From Lophium mytilinum (taxonomy: Eukaryota), in NCBI GenBank assembly GCA_010093605.1, contig MU004191.1:1534816-1598815 (forward strand): 64,000 bases of DNA, in the 5' to 3' direction. A model generated the notes under the pieces. The model worked only from the letters and a program-made list of their open reading frames with translations. It was not told the DNA's origin and ran no database searches. The translations under genes and the position numbers were made by a program. Below are positions 49,042 through 60,717 of the stretch, piece by piece (within the stretch, counting starts at the first letter, position 1; each line of letters opens with the position of its first letter).

Positions 49042-50214
49042 ATGGCCCCCTCAATTCTCCCCACCACCCATCTCTTGGGCTTGGATCTAACGGTCTCGGT
49101 ACGGCAGCCAACACCTCTCGACTTCCCGATCTCGGCTCCAGCATCCCCCGCGGACTCCCAAGTCTCCATGAGCACCACCACCACCACTTCAACACCAGCT
49201 ACCTCCCTCTACGCCATTCGTCAGACTCCCAACGCAGGCCGCGCCGTCTTCGCCACCCGCCGCATTGAAGCCAACACGCTTCTCTCCACAGCGAACGACC
49301 TAAGCATCAACGTCCTTCTCCGGGATTACCGAAAAGAAGTATGCGCCCAATGCTTCTTCTACGACCGCGGCACCACCCTGCCACTCCGCAACTCCTCGAC
49401 AAACCTCGTTTTCTGTTCACCCTCTTGCCAGCAAGAATGGCTTGCCCAAGCAGGCGACATTGGCGTCCAGGCGTGGACTGCTGCAGAGAAATTGAGTAAA
49501 GGAAAGAGCGGGGAGCAGAGGGACGGCGACTACGACATGGTAGACCCACACCTCCCGCGGCCTACCACCCAGGATATTGCGGCGGCTTGGGAGTCTGCCT
49601 CGAGTCTGGCAACACAGATCCGACTCGCGCGGGCAGGGACGTCACCGAAGAGTACCCGTAAAGCGCTCGCTGCAGCGCTACGAGAGGCGGTCGTGCCAGA
49701 TGTGCTGGCGTTCTGCGTATCCGCGATCTTGGTGGCATACCAGTCGCCAGAGCGCTGGCGGGGGATACTAGACCTTGTGCCGGATGAGAGGCCCTACCAT
49801 TCTTTCGTCGACCTCGCTGCGTTCACGCGCTCCTATCTCCAACTACTGGCAGTCCTGCCCGACAAGTTGCTACCCCTTACAACACCGGAGACGCTAATCA
49901 CGGCGTCCTCCCGTGACTCGCACAACTCGTTTGGTATTAGGAGCCTGGAAGACGAGGGGAGTGAATTCTTCGGGTACGGCTGCTGGGGAAGTGCCAGTTT
50001 CTTTAACCACTCTTGTGGGCCGAATGTGAGGAAGGAGAGGGTAGGAAGGGAGTGGAGGTTTTTGGTGGACAGGATGGTTGAGGAGGGAGAAGAGCTGTGT
50101 ATTAGCTATTTGAGTGGGGAGGAGAGGACTATGGGGAGCGTGGGGCGGAGGGAGAGGTTGCGGGGTACGTGGGGATTTGTGTGCGGGTGTTGGAGGTGCG
50201 TTGAGGGGGAGTGA
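49042..50214 (+). CDS. SET6: SET/MYND (SMYD-type, Set6-like) lysine methyltransferase
   Basis: TPNAGRAVFA, CAQC..FCSPSCQ, ASFFNHSCGPNV, EELCISYL, post-SET FVCGCWRC. Likely ATG at 49042. Confidence 0.8.
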   Translation: MAPSILPTTHLLGLDLTVSVRQPTPLDFPISAPASPADSQVSMSTTTTTSTPATSLYAIRQTPNAGRAVFATRRIEANTLLSTANDLSINVLLRDYRKEVCAQCFFYDRGTTLPLRNSSTNLVFCSPSCQQEWLAQAGDIGVQAWTAAEKLSKGKSGEQRDGDYDMVDPHLPRPTTQDIAAAWESASSLATQIRLARAGTSPKSTRKALAAALREAVVPDVLAFCVSAILVAYQSPERWRGILDLVPDERPYHSFVDLAAFTRSYLQLLAVLPDKLLPLTTPETLITASSRDSHNSFGIRSLEDEGSEFFGYGCWGSASFFNHSCGPNVRKERVGREWRFLVDRMVEEGEELCISYLSGEERTMGSVGRRERLRGTWGFVCGCWRCVEGE

Positions 50215-51951
50215 TGTCTTCAGGCTGATGATGTAGTTAGAGGGATAGTAAGGGGCACGAGTATGGCCTTCGAAGGCTGGATGAGGCAACAGGAAAGGTC
50301 AAAATTGTAAGAGCATTATTCAAGGATGGACCAATTGCATGAAGTCTGGTCTGAGACTACACATTCCGTTGCGAATGACCACGCGTTTCGTGAGTTTTTA
50401 GTCTTAAAATAGCATACCTCCCCATCTGAACCAGGAAACGCTTGCGTTGTTCCTCGGACGCTCTGCATCATGCCTCTCTGCAGTTCCAAAGGGCGGCATC
50501 ATGACCACATCAACAACGGTTCGGTGGCATCACTAGGTGCTTTGTCCCCAGACAACGATCGCGATCGACATCTTGTCGCGACTGAGGGCGGTGTTTCAGC
50601 CCGTCAACCAATCCTCCGGACTCCTGCACCCCCGCGCTCTACCTACCCTCTGACGTATCTGCGTATTAGGTAGCGAAGACCCTGCGTCGCCACAATACGG
50701 CAGACCACAACGAGCTAAGCTCTCACAAAGGAGGCTAATCAGAGTGACGTCCCTTGGTCTGTTCCCTGGTCTTGAAGGGCGGAAAATGGTCCCTCCGCTG
50801 GAATAGGCCAACGACATGCCATACGAAACCGCAGCACAACAAATGCCTCGTCCCAGCTGCATCGTGAAGCCTCCATCCAGGCCCTACCCATGCCCGGCCG
50901 ACGTCGCCTGCAGGCTGCTTAACAACCTCTGGCCCGCCGCCCCGCTGCCAACTTTCACCGCGCTTGTCGTGGCCTGCAGGACGAGAGGGCTCGGCCCTCA
51001 GCTAGCTTTTCCAATCAGCTTTCTGCTTGTGAAGGGCTCACGACGCGTCTAGAGAGGCCCGCCCTGACTGTAGCCTCCCGGGTTACCCGTGCCCGCTGTG
51101 ACAAAGGGACAAAGTGCCGCCGTCGCCGCTGCTTGCCCTTTTGCTGTGACTCTGCTCCTCCAGTTCCCTTGTATCGCCTGAGACCTTTCACTTTTTACGA
51201 CATACAACAACACTCCAAAAGCCGGAACTGCCTTGCATGCCCCGCGAGCCCAGATACTGACTAGACGACGCCATATTGCCCGCACCCGCATCTGCTACAG
51301 CAGCCCCCAGCCGGCCGTTCCTGTCGTTTGGCCACTCCCTGGCGTCAGGTGCATAATCGTCGCTCGAAGACATTCCCTTGGCGCACAAGTAGGGGTCGGA
51401 TCAGCGCGGCATCCCGTGAGAAAGAACGCTGTGCAGCTGTGCCATCGGTGGTATTATTGCTGCTCTATTTTCCGGATTCAGCCTGGCAGATACGGCGCCA
51501 AGGCCGCAGATTCCTTGCTTCGCAGGACTGCACACTCAGGGTCCACCATGGCCGTGATCGAGGTGAGTGCCCTGATCGTGGAATCCTTTTGTCTGCTCGC
51601 GGGCGTGGCGGGGGTGGTGTGGCTTGTTGCAGAGCTGGAGTAAAAAGCCGGCCAAAACGAACGCGCTTGGACCGGGCATTGCATCATAGCCTACCCACCT
51701 CCATCTCGATTTGCACGACGCTCCCGCATCATTTCGCACATCCATCCACACATCCACTCCCCCAGAGCCGCGCCTTGCTCCTGCCCCCATTTCGTCACCA
51801 GCCTCCTTCTCGCATACACGTGCACGTCATTCGTCATTTCCTGTCCCCAACTCCCTCCCCTCGGTGGCCAACCCGCCTCCGATTCCCATCACTACTCCTC
51901 TCGGCAGCACACTCTTTGTAATCGTCACCACCGCATAGTCAGTCGCTCACC

Positions 51952-54226
51952 ATGGCTGCTATCCAGAACTTCAAGAACTTCCTGCGCCACGGCAAGCAGG
52001 CCCGCGCCGGCAACGCTCCGCACGGAGAGGCCACCACCAATGTGTCCAACGTCCACGCCCAGCAGCAGCGGTACGACAACCATGGCCACGCCCAACCGCA
52101 CTACGCCCACAGCGACCCCAATGTCACAAACCACAAGCCTTTGCAGGGTAACCCCGTTCATGGAGACTACTCTACTGCCGCCCTGGACAACCGGAACGTC
52201 GCCGCTCGAGCTGGCGATGCCGCAGCCAAAGCCGTTGGCGAGCAGCAAAAGGCCGCACAACACAAGAACGCCGGCACCGTGGACCGGAAGTCTGAGTACG
52301 ACGCGTCAGTCCTCGAGCGGATCGTGGCAGAAGAGCGTGAGAGCAAGGGGAAGTTGCCCAAGTATCCCGGCCTCGAGCGGTGGAAGCTGGTCGAAAAGAT
52401 GGGCGACGGAGCCTTCAGCAATGTCTACCGCGCACAAGACACCACCGGACAGTATCCCGAAGTAGCCATCAAGGTTGTGAGGAAGTTTGAGATGAACTCT
52501 AGCCAGGTATGTCTCAACCCTCTCCATGCTTGGTGTTTTCTATGTTGTCAGCCTACGTTTCTCCCCCCGTAACCCCTGCTGCTTTCTATTCAAACCCCGC
52601 CAACGACCCTCGTGTAGGGCGACAACCACCTTCATCCGGACTTCAAGAAGGCGCCTAAAACTGTGGAGGTGCGGCATACTCCAAAACGAGTTCTAGACAC
52701 CAAGAACTTGGCTTTGAAACCTCTCCTTACACCCTTATAGCCAGATTACTGACGTATTGCCCATACAGAGAGCCAACATCCTCAAGGAGGTCCAGATCAT
52801 GCGCCAGCTCGACCATCCCAACATCGTCAAGCTCATTGACTTCTCCGAATCTCGCCAATACTACTACATCGTCCTCGAGCTGTGCCCTGGAGGCGAGCTG
52901 TTCCACCAGATCGTTCGTTTGACCTACTTCAGCGAAAACCTATCTCGACACGTCATCTACCAGGTAGCAAAGGCATTAGAATACCTGCACGAAGAGGCCG
53001 GCGTTGTTCATCGGTAAGATTTGAGCAATTTTCGAGGTTTGTCATCACGATTACTGACGTCATTTAGTGATATCAAGCCGGAGAATCTGTTGTTTTACCC
53101 AACGCCATTCGTCCCAACGCGGAATCCGCAACCCAAAGGCCCCGAAGATGAAGACAAGGCTGACGAGGGTGAGTTCATCAAAGGAGTCGGTGCTGGCGGT
53201 ATCGGAGTCATCAAGATTGCCGATTTTGGCCTGTCAAAAGTCATATGGGACAGCCAGACCATGACACCATGCGGTACTGTCGGTTACACTGCACCTGAGA
53301 TTGTCAAGGACGAGCGGTACTCGAAGAGCGTGGATATGTGGGCAATGGGATGTGTTCTCTACACACTCCTATGTGGCTTCCCGCCATTCTACGACGAGAG
53401 CATCCAGACTCTTACCGAAAAAGTTGCGAGGGGTCAATACACCTTCCTCTCGCCGTGGTGGGATGATATCTCCAAGCCCGCTCAAGATTTGGTCTCGCAT
53501 CTTCTTACCGTCGACCCGGAGAAACGCTACGACATCAAGCAGTTCCTCAACCACCCCTGGATTCGGGAGGTCGAAGAACTCACCTACGCCGCTGCTGACG
53601 CCCCACCGCTCGCCACCCCTCTGTACACACGCCAGAACCAGTTCGAGATGGGTACAGATGGCAAGCCTCTCCAGCCCAACTTCGGCTACCTCGAGTCACC
53701 CGGAGCAGGCGGCAAACGCGGCGACTTCCGCTCACCCGGTGCACTCAACCTCCGCGAGGTCTTTGACGTTGGCTACGCCGTGCATCGCCAGGAGGAAGAG
53801 GGAAAGCGCCGCAAGAACTTCAAGCAAGGCTACCGTGGCGCGAATGCCATGGGCAACTCACTCAACGCTCTCGACGAGCAGGAAGATGACGAGGGCGACG
53901 AATATACCGAATCTGCGCCTTACAATGCATCTCAGAACCCCCCTGCCAAGCTACCAAAGAGCCAGGCTGCAGACGTATCCGCGGTTGAGCAGAAGATGCG
54001 CAACACGAGTCTCAGTGCTGCAGCACAAGCACGGGCACCGGCGAAAGCGGCACCGCAGGAGCGAGGGTACGGGCAGCACAGCCCTGCCGTCGCGGCGGCA
54101 GCAAAGAGGCAGGTCAGGCAGAAGGGCGCGTTCGAACTCAGTCTCGACAACGCCACCCTACTCGGCAGGAGGAAGAAGCCTGAGCCGAGTGGACTGAGAG
54201 AGGGTTTGACGATCGGAGGATCCTGA
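51952..54226 (+). CDS. SRK1: MAPK-activated CaMK-like kinase Srk1/Rck2 (SrkA)
   Basis: Exons 51952-52506, 52618-52668, 52769-53013, 53068-54226. KMGDGAFSNVY, VAIKVV, HRDIKPEN, DEGEFIKGVGAGGIG insert, DFG, TPCGTVGYTAPE, C-terminal FELSLDNATLLGRR. Confidence 0.93.
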
Positions 54227-55940
54227 GAGGGTGGCTGCTGCGCCGCTTCAACTCTACTTTCCCTACTACAGTTTAGGATTTGGGGACGAAAAAATATGCC
54301 GACGAAAAAACAACCAATTACGACGATGGTATCGATATGGATAGCTTTTGGTTGCACAAGCGCATCCTGGATTCTGTCCTTCCCCTTTCCCAAATTGGCT
54401 TTGGCTCTCCACTCCCGGCGCCGGAAATCAGTTGACATCTTCCCTGCCTCTTCCACCAAACTTCCACTGTCAGCTTTTTTTTCATCATGTCTTTTCCTAC
54501 TATTTTCTCTTTTCCTTGGTAGTCATGGGTGGCCCGTCTTGGCTTTCGACTCGGCTGCATCAGCATCTTTTTGCTTCTTCATCACGTCTGTCCTTCCATT
54601 GTCTGGAGCTGGGTGCTAGGGGTGACTTTTCGTTTTCTCGTTACGGGTTGTCTCAAACATACGAGCTCGGGTCAGCGATGGGGTTAGGGGGCGGATGGGT
54701 TATGTATGAGATACGTAGCTTAGAAGATTAGATTGGGCCCGCTCTTCTCTCTCATCCATGAATCTCAGCTCAGAGCGGGAGAGGCGGTTAGCGTGTGCGG
54801 CAAAAAGATCTTGAAAACAAACGGAGTTTCTCGGTTGATGTTGTGGTGTGAGGAATATGTTTCGAATGCTGCTAATTTGTGAACACTGACTGAAATGTAC
54901 CGCACTAACAGCCCTGATAATTACATGAAGCCTGCTTACGACACCAGCAACGGCGAAGTGATGAAAGTACTCTTATGAAGTTTATGAATTCTAAACCCCA
55001 TGTCCTCGTCCCACGAAACCCCATCCCATTCCAACCCAAACCCCATACGCAAGCTACTAAAGCCCCTTCTCACACAATACCACACTCGCCAGCCTATAAA
55101 ACAACACACCCCGCGCACCCCCTCTCCCCCTCTCTGTGGCCCCCCTCAAACACCTCATCCGCCCCATCCACCCCAAAACTCACATACCCTCCCCTAACCT
55201 CACACCCCCCAATACTCCCACAACTCCCCTGAATCTCAAACGTCGCCCCGCTACTCCGCAGCCCCCTCCTCCTCCCCCGCTTCCGCTTCCCACCTCCCCC
55301 GTGCTGCGTCACGCGCACCGTGCCCACTTGAACAGAGGACGTAGGGATGGAGGCAGGTGGCGGGTAGGGCGTTGAATAAGTGCCGTAGCCACAGTTAAAC
55401 GACGGTGGGTATGCGGCGGTGAGAAGAACGCTATCAGTCGCTACACCCCGCCGCCGGGATATCGGACGAGGGGTGGTAGAGAGGGACGAGGGCGTGGGGT
55501 CGGTGCTGGGGCGGTGTCTGCTATGCGGATTATCGCGGGATGTGCGGTGAGGAGTGCGGCCGCGATCATACGCGTCGCAGAAGTCCAGGACGGAATCTCT
55601 CCGCAGCCTATAACGCAGTCTTGTGAGTTAGCGACGACATCTCCAGCAGTTCGATCGTACCCTCTTCACCCGCCCCACCCACCACACCCACCCAAACAAC
55701 CCCCGGAACGAGCAGCCTCGTCACCCATAATCCCGAGATGCGTAGAAGAAAAGAAATGGCAAAATGTTTCAAATAGGTATATATCCCCGGCCTTCCACCC
55801 CAATACGTATCAGTTGCTCGCAAGGCTCTACGCTCGCCCGAAATCCCAGAAGATTCTCTTTTTCTCGCTTTCTTTTCCCCCAACCCCGCGTGTGCAAAGG
55901 CTGCCGGCTCTACGTTGAAGTAGCGGCTTCATAGGGAAAC

Positions 55941-58003
55941 TCACGACTCAGCATCCACAAACTCCTCGCTCCCGCCTGTCTCGCTATCCGTGCGCACAAG
56001 CGTGTGCTCGAGTCCGCGCGTCTGCGTCTGCTTCTGCGGCACCGCGTGGTTCTGGGTGGGCACGAGGGGGTTCTGCAAGCCTTGAACTTGGTCGACATGG
56101 TGTGGCTGCTGCGCCGACGACGCGTTCTTCGCAGGGGTGGCCGCGTCGCCGCCGAAATCGATGAGGTCGGCGGGCTCAGGATGCTGCTGCGGCGGATGAG
56201 AAGGAGGGTGTTGGTGGGCCGACTTTGCGCCGGAGTCGAAGCTAGACTTGCGGCTTGGGATCGAGAACCTACGGTTTGGGGCATCCTGGCCGGGCAGGAT
56301 GGCGGCGATGCGGAGGATTTGCTTGGTTTGTTCTTCGGGGGTTTTGCCGTCGCTTTTGCACGCTTGGTTAGCTCTGCGGTAGTCGGGGTTGAGGGGTTAT
56401 TGTTGAACTTACATCTTTGCGTTGATGATGTAGTCGAGGTCCTCTTCGCCCTCCTCGCTCCCCCCGTGTCCACCTTTAACTTCGCGGAATAGCCGCGGGT
56501 GCCAGTCCACGCCGTCGTCCAGCCGCTTCGCCGCCTCTTCGCGCTGCATGTCCTCGATTCTGGACTTCTCGTCCGTAGCCGTGTCCTGGTCTCGTGCTTT
56601 GATAGCGGCGGTGACCTTTTGCCACAGCCGTTGGGACTCGCGCTCTTCCTGTTCGGAGATTGGGCGGGCTTTAGGGGGCGTTTCGCGTGCGTGGGTCGCG
56701 TCGAAGAGGAGTTCTTTCTTGCCAGTCTGTGGGAGCAATAAGTATGTCGGCCTGTAACCCAAGAGGCTGTTTAGGTCAAGGGCGAACTTACAGTGAGGTC
56801 TTTGATGTACATCTCTTCGTTCCACAGCCCACTCAACTCGTAGAGATTGGTATCCGTTTTCGTGTCCTTGATGAAGCCGCCGATGGCATTGTAGGTGCCG
56901 CCGAAATATCCCTTCGTCTTGAACTCGATATCGGCGGAAAGTCCGGACTCTGGACACCGCACGAAGCTGTGGTCGCCGAGTTCGTACTTCATCTTGCCGA
57001 ACAGTATGCCCCGCACGTACATGTTCGGCTGTGTAATGAAGCTAGGAAACTTAGTCTGTGTCTCCTGTAACAAATGCTGTAGTGCCTATATTGAACCTAC
57101 AATCGCTCTCCTCGGTTTAAAAACCGCATGACTGCGATTCCCTCCATCATTGATGCCGCCGAGTTCCCTAGAAATTTGCTCCTGGGCTTCAGTGTCCCGT
57201 CGATGCGTATTTGATGTTCTGGTGCCATGTAAAAGTAAGATGACTTGGGTGGGTGATGTGATGTCTGTTCTGAGATGTACATTCCGCGCGTATGATCCGG
57301 GTAATCCCAGTAGCATGTGAAGGTCTCGCCGAGGATGGGGTTCAGAGGTTTTTTGACGCCACTGTAATCCGTTAGGGCCGGATATTCAATCTGAACTGAA
57401 GTCCGCGGCGAAAAAAAGCAGAACTACGTACGGAGGTTTGATGTGCCAACCGCTGAGGTAAAACTTCACCACCGACACGAATCGCTCCACGGGGTCGTCA
57501 ATGGTTGGCATTGGTAGCAGGGTCTCGGGATGGGCCATGAAACTATTTGCTGAATAAGCATGATGCCTCGTGCGGAGGGCTCGGAATATGGGGGGAAAAG
57601 GCAGACGCACTTTGTTATCCGCTCCAGCATCGACCGCGGCTCTAGGATGAAGGTAGGTAGCGTAACGCGACTTAGGTCTGCGCCAGGGCGGAGTTGGGAT
57701 ATAATATGGGTGAGCACTGGTGGGGGTTCGGCGTCAGTCTGTGCCATTCTTTGGGGATCGTCGTAGAGATGTGTAGGCGGGAGATGCTGGACATACTATT
57801 GCCCTGATCCGCATCCACGACGGTCTCATCTTCGTTGTTGACGTTGTCCTCGCGGGTAGAGTCGATGGATGAGCGGTTGCCTACAGCAAATAAGAGGAAG
57901 ATATTAGCAATCTGGTATCGGGTTTGGGCGAGCTCAAAGGGCCCAAGGGGTCGATATACATACTGTTCAGCGAGTGCCGCCTGTGTGCATGGCCGAGAAC
58001 CAT
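55941..58003 (-). CDS. Oxysterol-binding-protein-related lipid transfer protein, Osh6/Osh7-like
   Basis: ISQLRPGADLSRVTLPTFILEPRSMLERIT, KKPLNPILGE, EQTSHHPP signature. Multi-exon from MVLGH (58003); last exon ends SEEFVDAES-stop at 55941. Confidence 0.92.
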
Positions 58004-58562
58004 GATGGACGGATGTACGTGGTGAGGAAGAGGGCAAGGGTTGGCGGCAGGACAGACTTGATGATGTTGTAGTAGATGTCGTGGGCGTAGTGCAGCGACA
58101 GACAGCGATAGGTAAAGGTGTGTAGTCGATGTCTCAGGCGGCAGTCGTCGCTGCGCAGGAGGTTGAGGTACGTGGAAATCTCTCCCGTCCCTCCGCTACG
58201 AGAGCGATGACGATAGCGGGGATGTGAGGCCCAAGCCTAGAATAAGCCACCCAGGCAAGGGGCGTGCGCGTCTGGCCAAGTCATCCTGCATATTAAACAT
58301 CTCGGCCCTGCAATTGAATACGCAATACGCATTTGTTGTTGAATTTAGTAATACATATCTACATATGCCTTCGACAAAACACTTAGAGCATAGGTACTTT
58401 CCCTCAAGGTTCCCCTGGTCGCTACGACTCTGCACGCTTTCGGACATATTGCGGAGAATTACAGCCTAAGCATTACATAGCGGGAGCGCCGGAAGTGAAT
58501 GCTGGGAAGCTTGATTCTTGATGCGTATATTGACTCCCATCCAATAGGACGCGTCATGAGCT

Positions 58563-59303
58563 TTATGTGTTCTGCTTCACCTTCTTGATCTCGTCGCTGT
58601 CCGTGCTTATCACGTCCACATCAGCGCTTGCAAAATCCTTGTAGACGTCATCAAGAGACGCGGGGTCTACGGGCCTCGTAGCATCTCCGACCACGTATGT
58701 TTTGAAGCCTTCTTTGGCCGAGTCCAGCGCTGTGAACTTGACGCAGTAGTCCGTCGCCAATCCTACAACATAGACATCGGTGACTTCCGCGTCTCTCAGA
58801 ATCTCTGCTAGCCTGCTGCGCGAGACCGTCGGGTTGATGAACGGGTCTGCAAACGCCGAGTACATCTCCACCCTGTTATCTTGCCCCTTCTCTACGATGT
58901 GATCCACCTTGCTGCGATTGAGCTCTGGAATGAGCTCCGACCCTGGTGTAGACTGCACGCAGTGATCTGGCCACAATCGCGTTGTTTGCGTCTCTTCAGG
59001 GTTCAAAGGGTTCTTGATCGTGAATGTGGATTCGAACGGCTTGTTATTGGGCGGAGGGTGATTCGAGGCGAACGAGATGTGGTCTTGAGGGTGGAAGTCT
59101 TTCGTTGCTACCTTGACGGCGAAAGGGAGGCTGAGGAGATGGTTCACGGATGATACTATGTCTCGGCCTCCTTGGACTGCGAGGCTTCCATTCTAACACG
59201 TCGTATGTTGTCAGCGAATTCTGAGGTCGTTGGAAAGACTACTTACAGGTGGGCAGAAGTCCTCTTGAAGGTCAACTATCACCAGAGCTGGTGTGAAGGA
59301 CAT
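58563..59303 (-). CDS. PNC1: Nicotinamidase/pyrazinamidase (isochorismatase family)
   Basis: ALVIVDLQEDFCPP|NGSLAV, KDFHP, LWPDHCVQ, VEKG, GLATDYCV. One intron about 59246-59193. Confidence 0.93.
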
Positions 59304-59929
59304 GATGGAACAAGCAATATTTGTCTTTCAGGCTGAACGCACTCACGATGTTGTGGCTGGGCTGACTATCCGGGGAGTTCTACGACTACATTTGTTCCGT
59401 GGATATGGTGAAGCTGTCATAGATGGATGCCCGTGGATAAGTAGGTGATTAAAAGTGGGGCAATGCCAGAATACGCTAAGCCATGTTAAGATTTTCCACC
59501 AAGTCTCTTCCAACCTCATTCACCTCAGCATGCAGTCGCAATGGCTTATCTAAACCCCTCGAAGGTCATATACTCACAATAGTTATTGTTCATAGCTAAA
59601 GCGCTGTCCATATCTTTCAATGCCAAGCGAAGATAGTCCACATCCATACACCTAAAAATCCCAGAACAGCTCAAACATGTGAAGACACACAACCCCCTCC
59701 TATCCACTCCCACCAGGAAACGTTCCCACAGCATCCGTCACGTCCCCCAAACCGACCCCATGCCCCTCCGTACCCAAGTGCACCATTTCACAGAGGAGGT
59801 ACAGACGAACCACACGCAACCCTCCCTCCATATAACTCCAACCCAACCTCCCCACCCATGCCTCCACCACCCATCTAACACTCCGCCACCTCTTCCCAAC
59901 CCACCCAACCAATAAACCTTTCCAGAATA

Positions 59930-60160
59930 ATGCACCTACTCCTCATCACCCGCATCCTCGCCCTAACACCCTTCGCCCTCGCGAACCCCACCCACCCTCG
60001 CACGCTGGCGCAGGGCTGCAAATACGGGGAATGGAGCTGCGGGGATGATACCGATATCTTGCTGTGCGGCGGGACAGGCGAGTGGCAGATCGTGGCGGTG
60101 TGTTCGCCGATGTGCTGCCTTGCAACGGCGGATGGGACGAATGCGTGGTGTACGTGTTGA
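59930..60160 (+). CDS. Small secreted cysteine-rich protein (76 aa, 8 Cys)
   Basis: Signal-peptide-like MHLLLITRILALTPFALA, then a mature region with 8 Cys including CC and a terminal CxC. Confidence 0.7.
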   Translation: MHLLLITRILALTPFALANPTHPRTLAQGCKYGEWSCGDDTDILLCGGTGEWQIVAVCSPMCCLATADGTNAWCTC

Positions 60161-60717
60161 GAGGGTGGAAGGAGCGGGAGGCTGTGGATGGAGGTGAGTA
60201 GATCGGAAGGGGGATGGGTTGGGGAGGGAGAGATGCTGACGTGTTTGAAGGTGGTGGGAGAAGTCTTGAAGGGATGGTGTTTGCTGTTGTTGGCGGGAAT
60301 GGTTCGGTTGGATGCTATTGGGGTCCGTTTCGTGGTGGACTTGGGTATGGAAGGTTTTTGAGGTGTAGGAGGAAGAGGATGAGGGAATCATATGGAGCAG
60401 TGGTTGGAGATAGGAAATGACCCTAATAATACACGACATGCGTGCTCAGCAGACCTGCTTGACACGGTGTGAGGCATCTTGTGCTACTTTCGAAATCCTT
60501 GTGAGACCACCGCCGGCAACGTCCAGGGAGTGTACACATGTATTGGATTTAAGATGAACTTGATTTGCTTTGAAATAGAAAGGGCGCTGAGTTGTTGTGA
60601 CGAGAAAGTACAGACCGCTTCATGCAAAGGCATAAGCAACAATACGCCAGGAGATCTTGTCAGACTTACACATGCATATTTGCACTACTTACTTATACAC
60701 AAGTCCTTTACAAGGCC

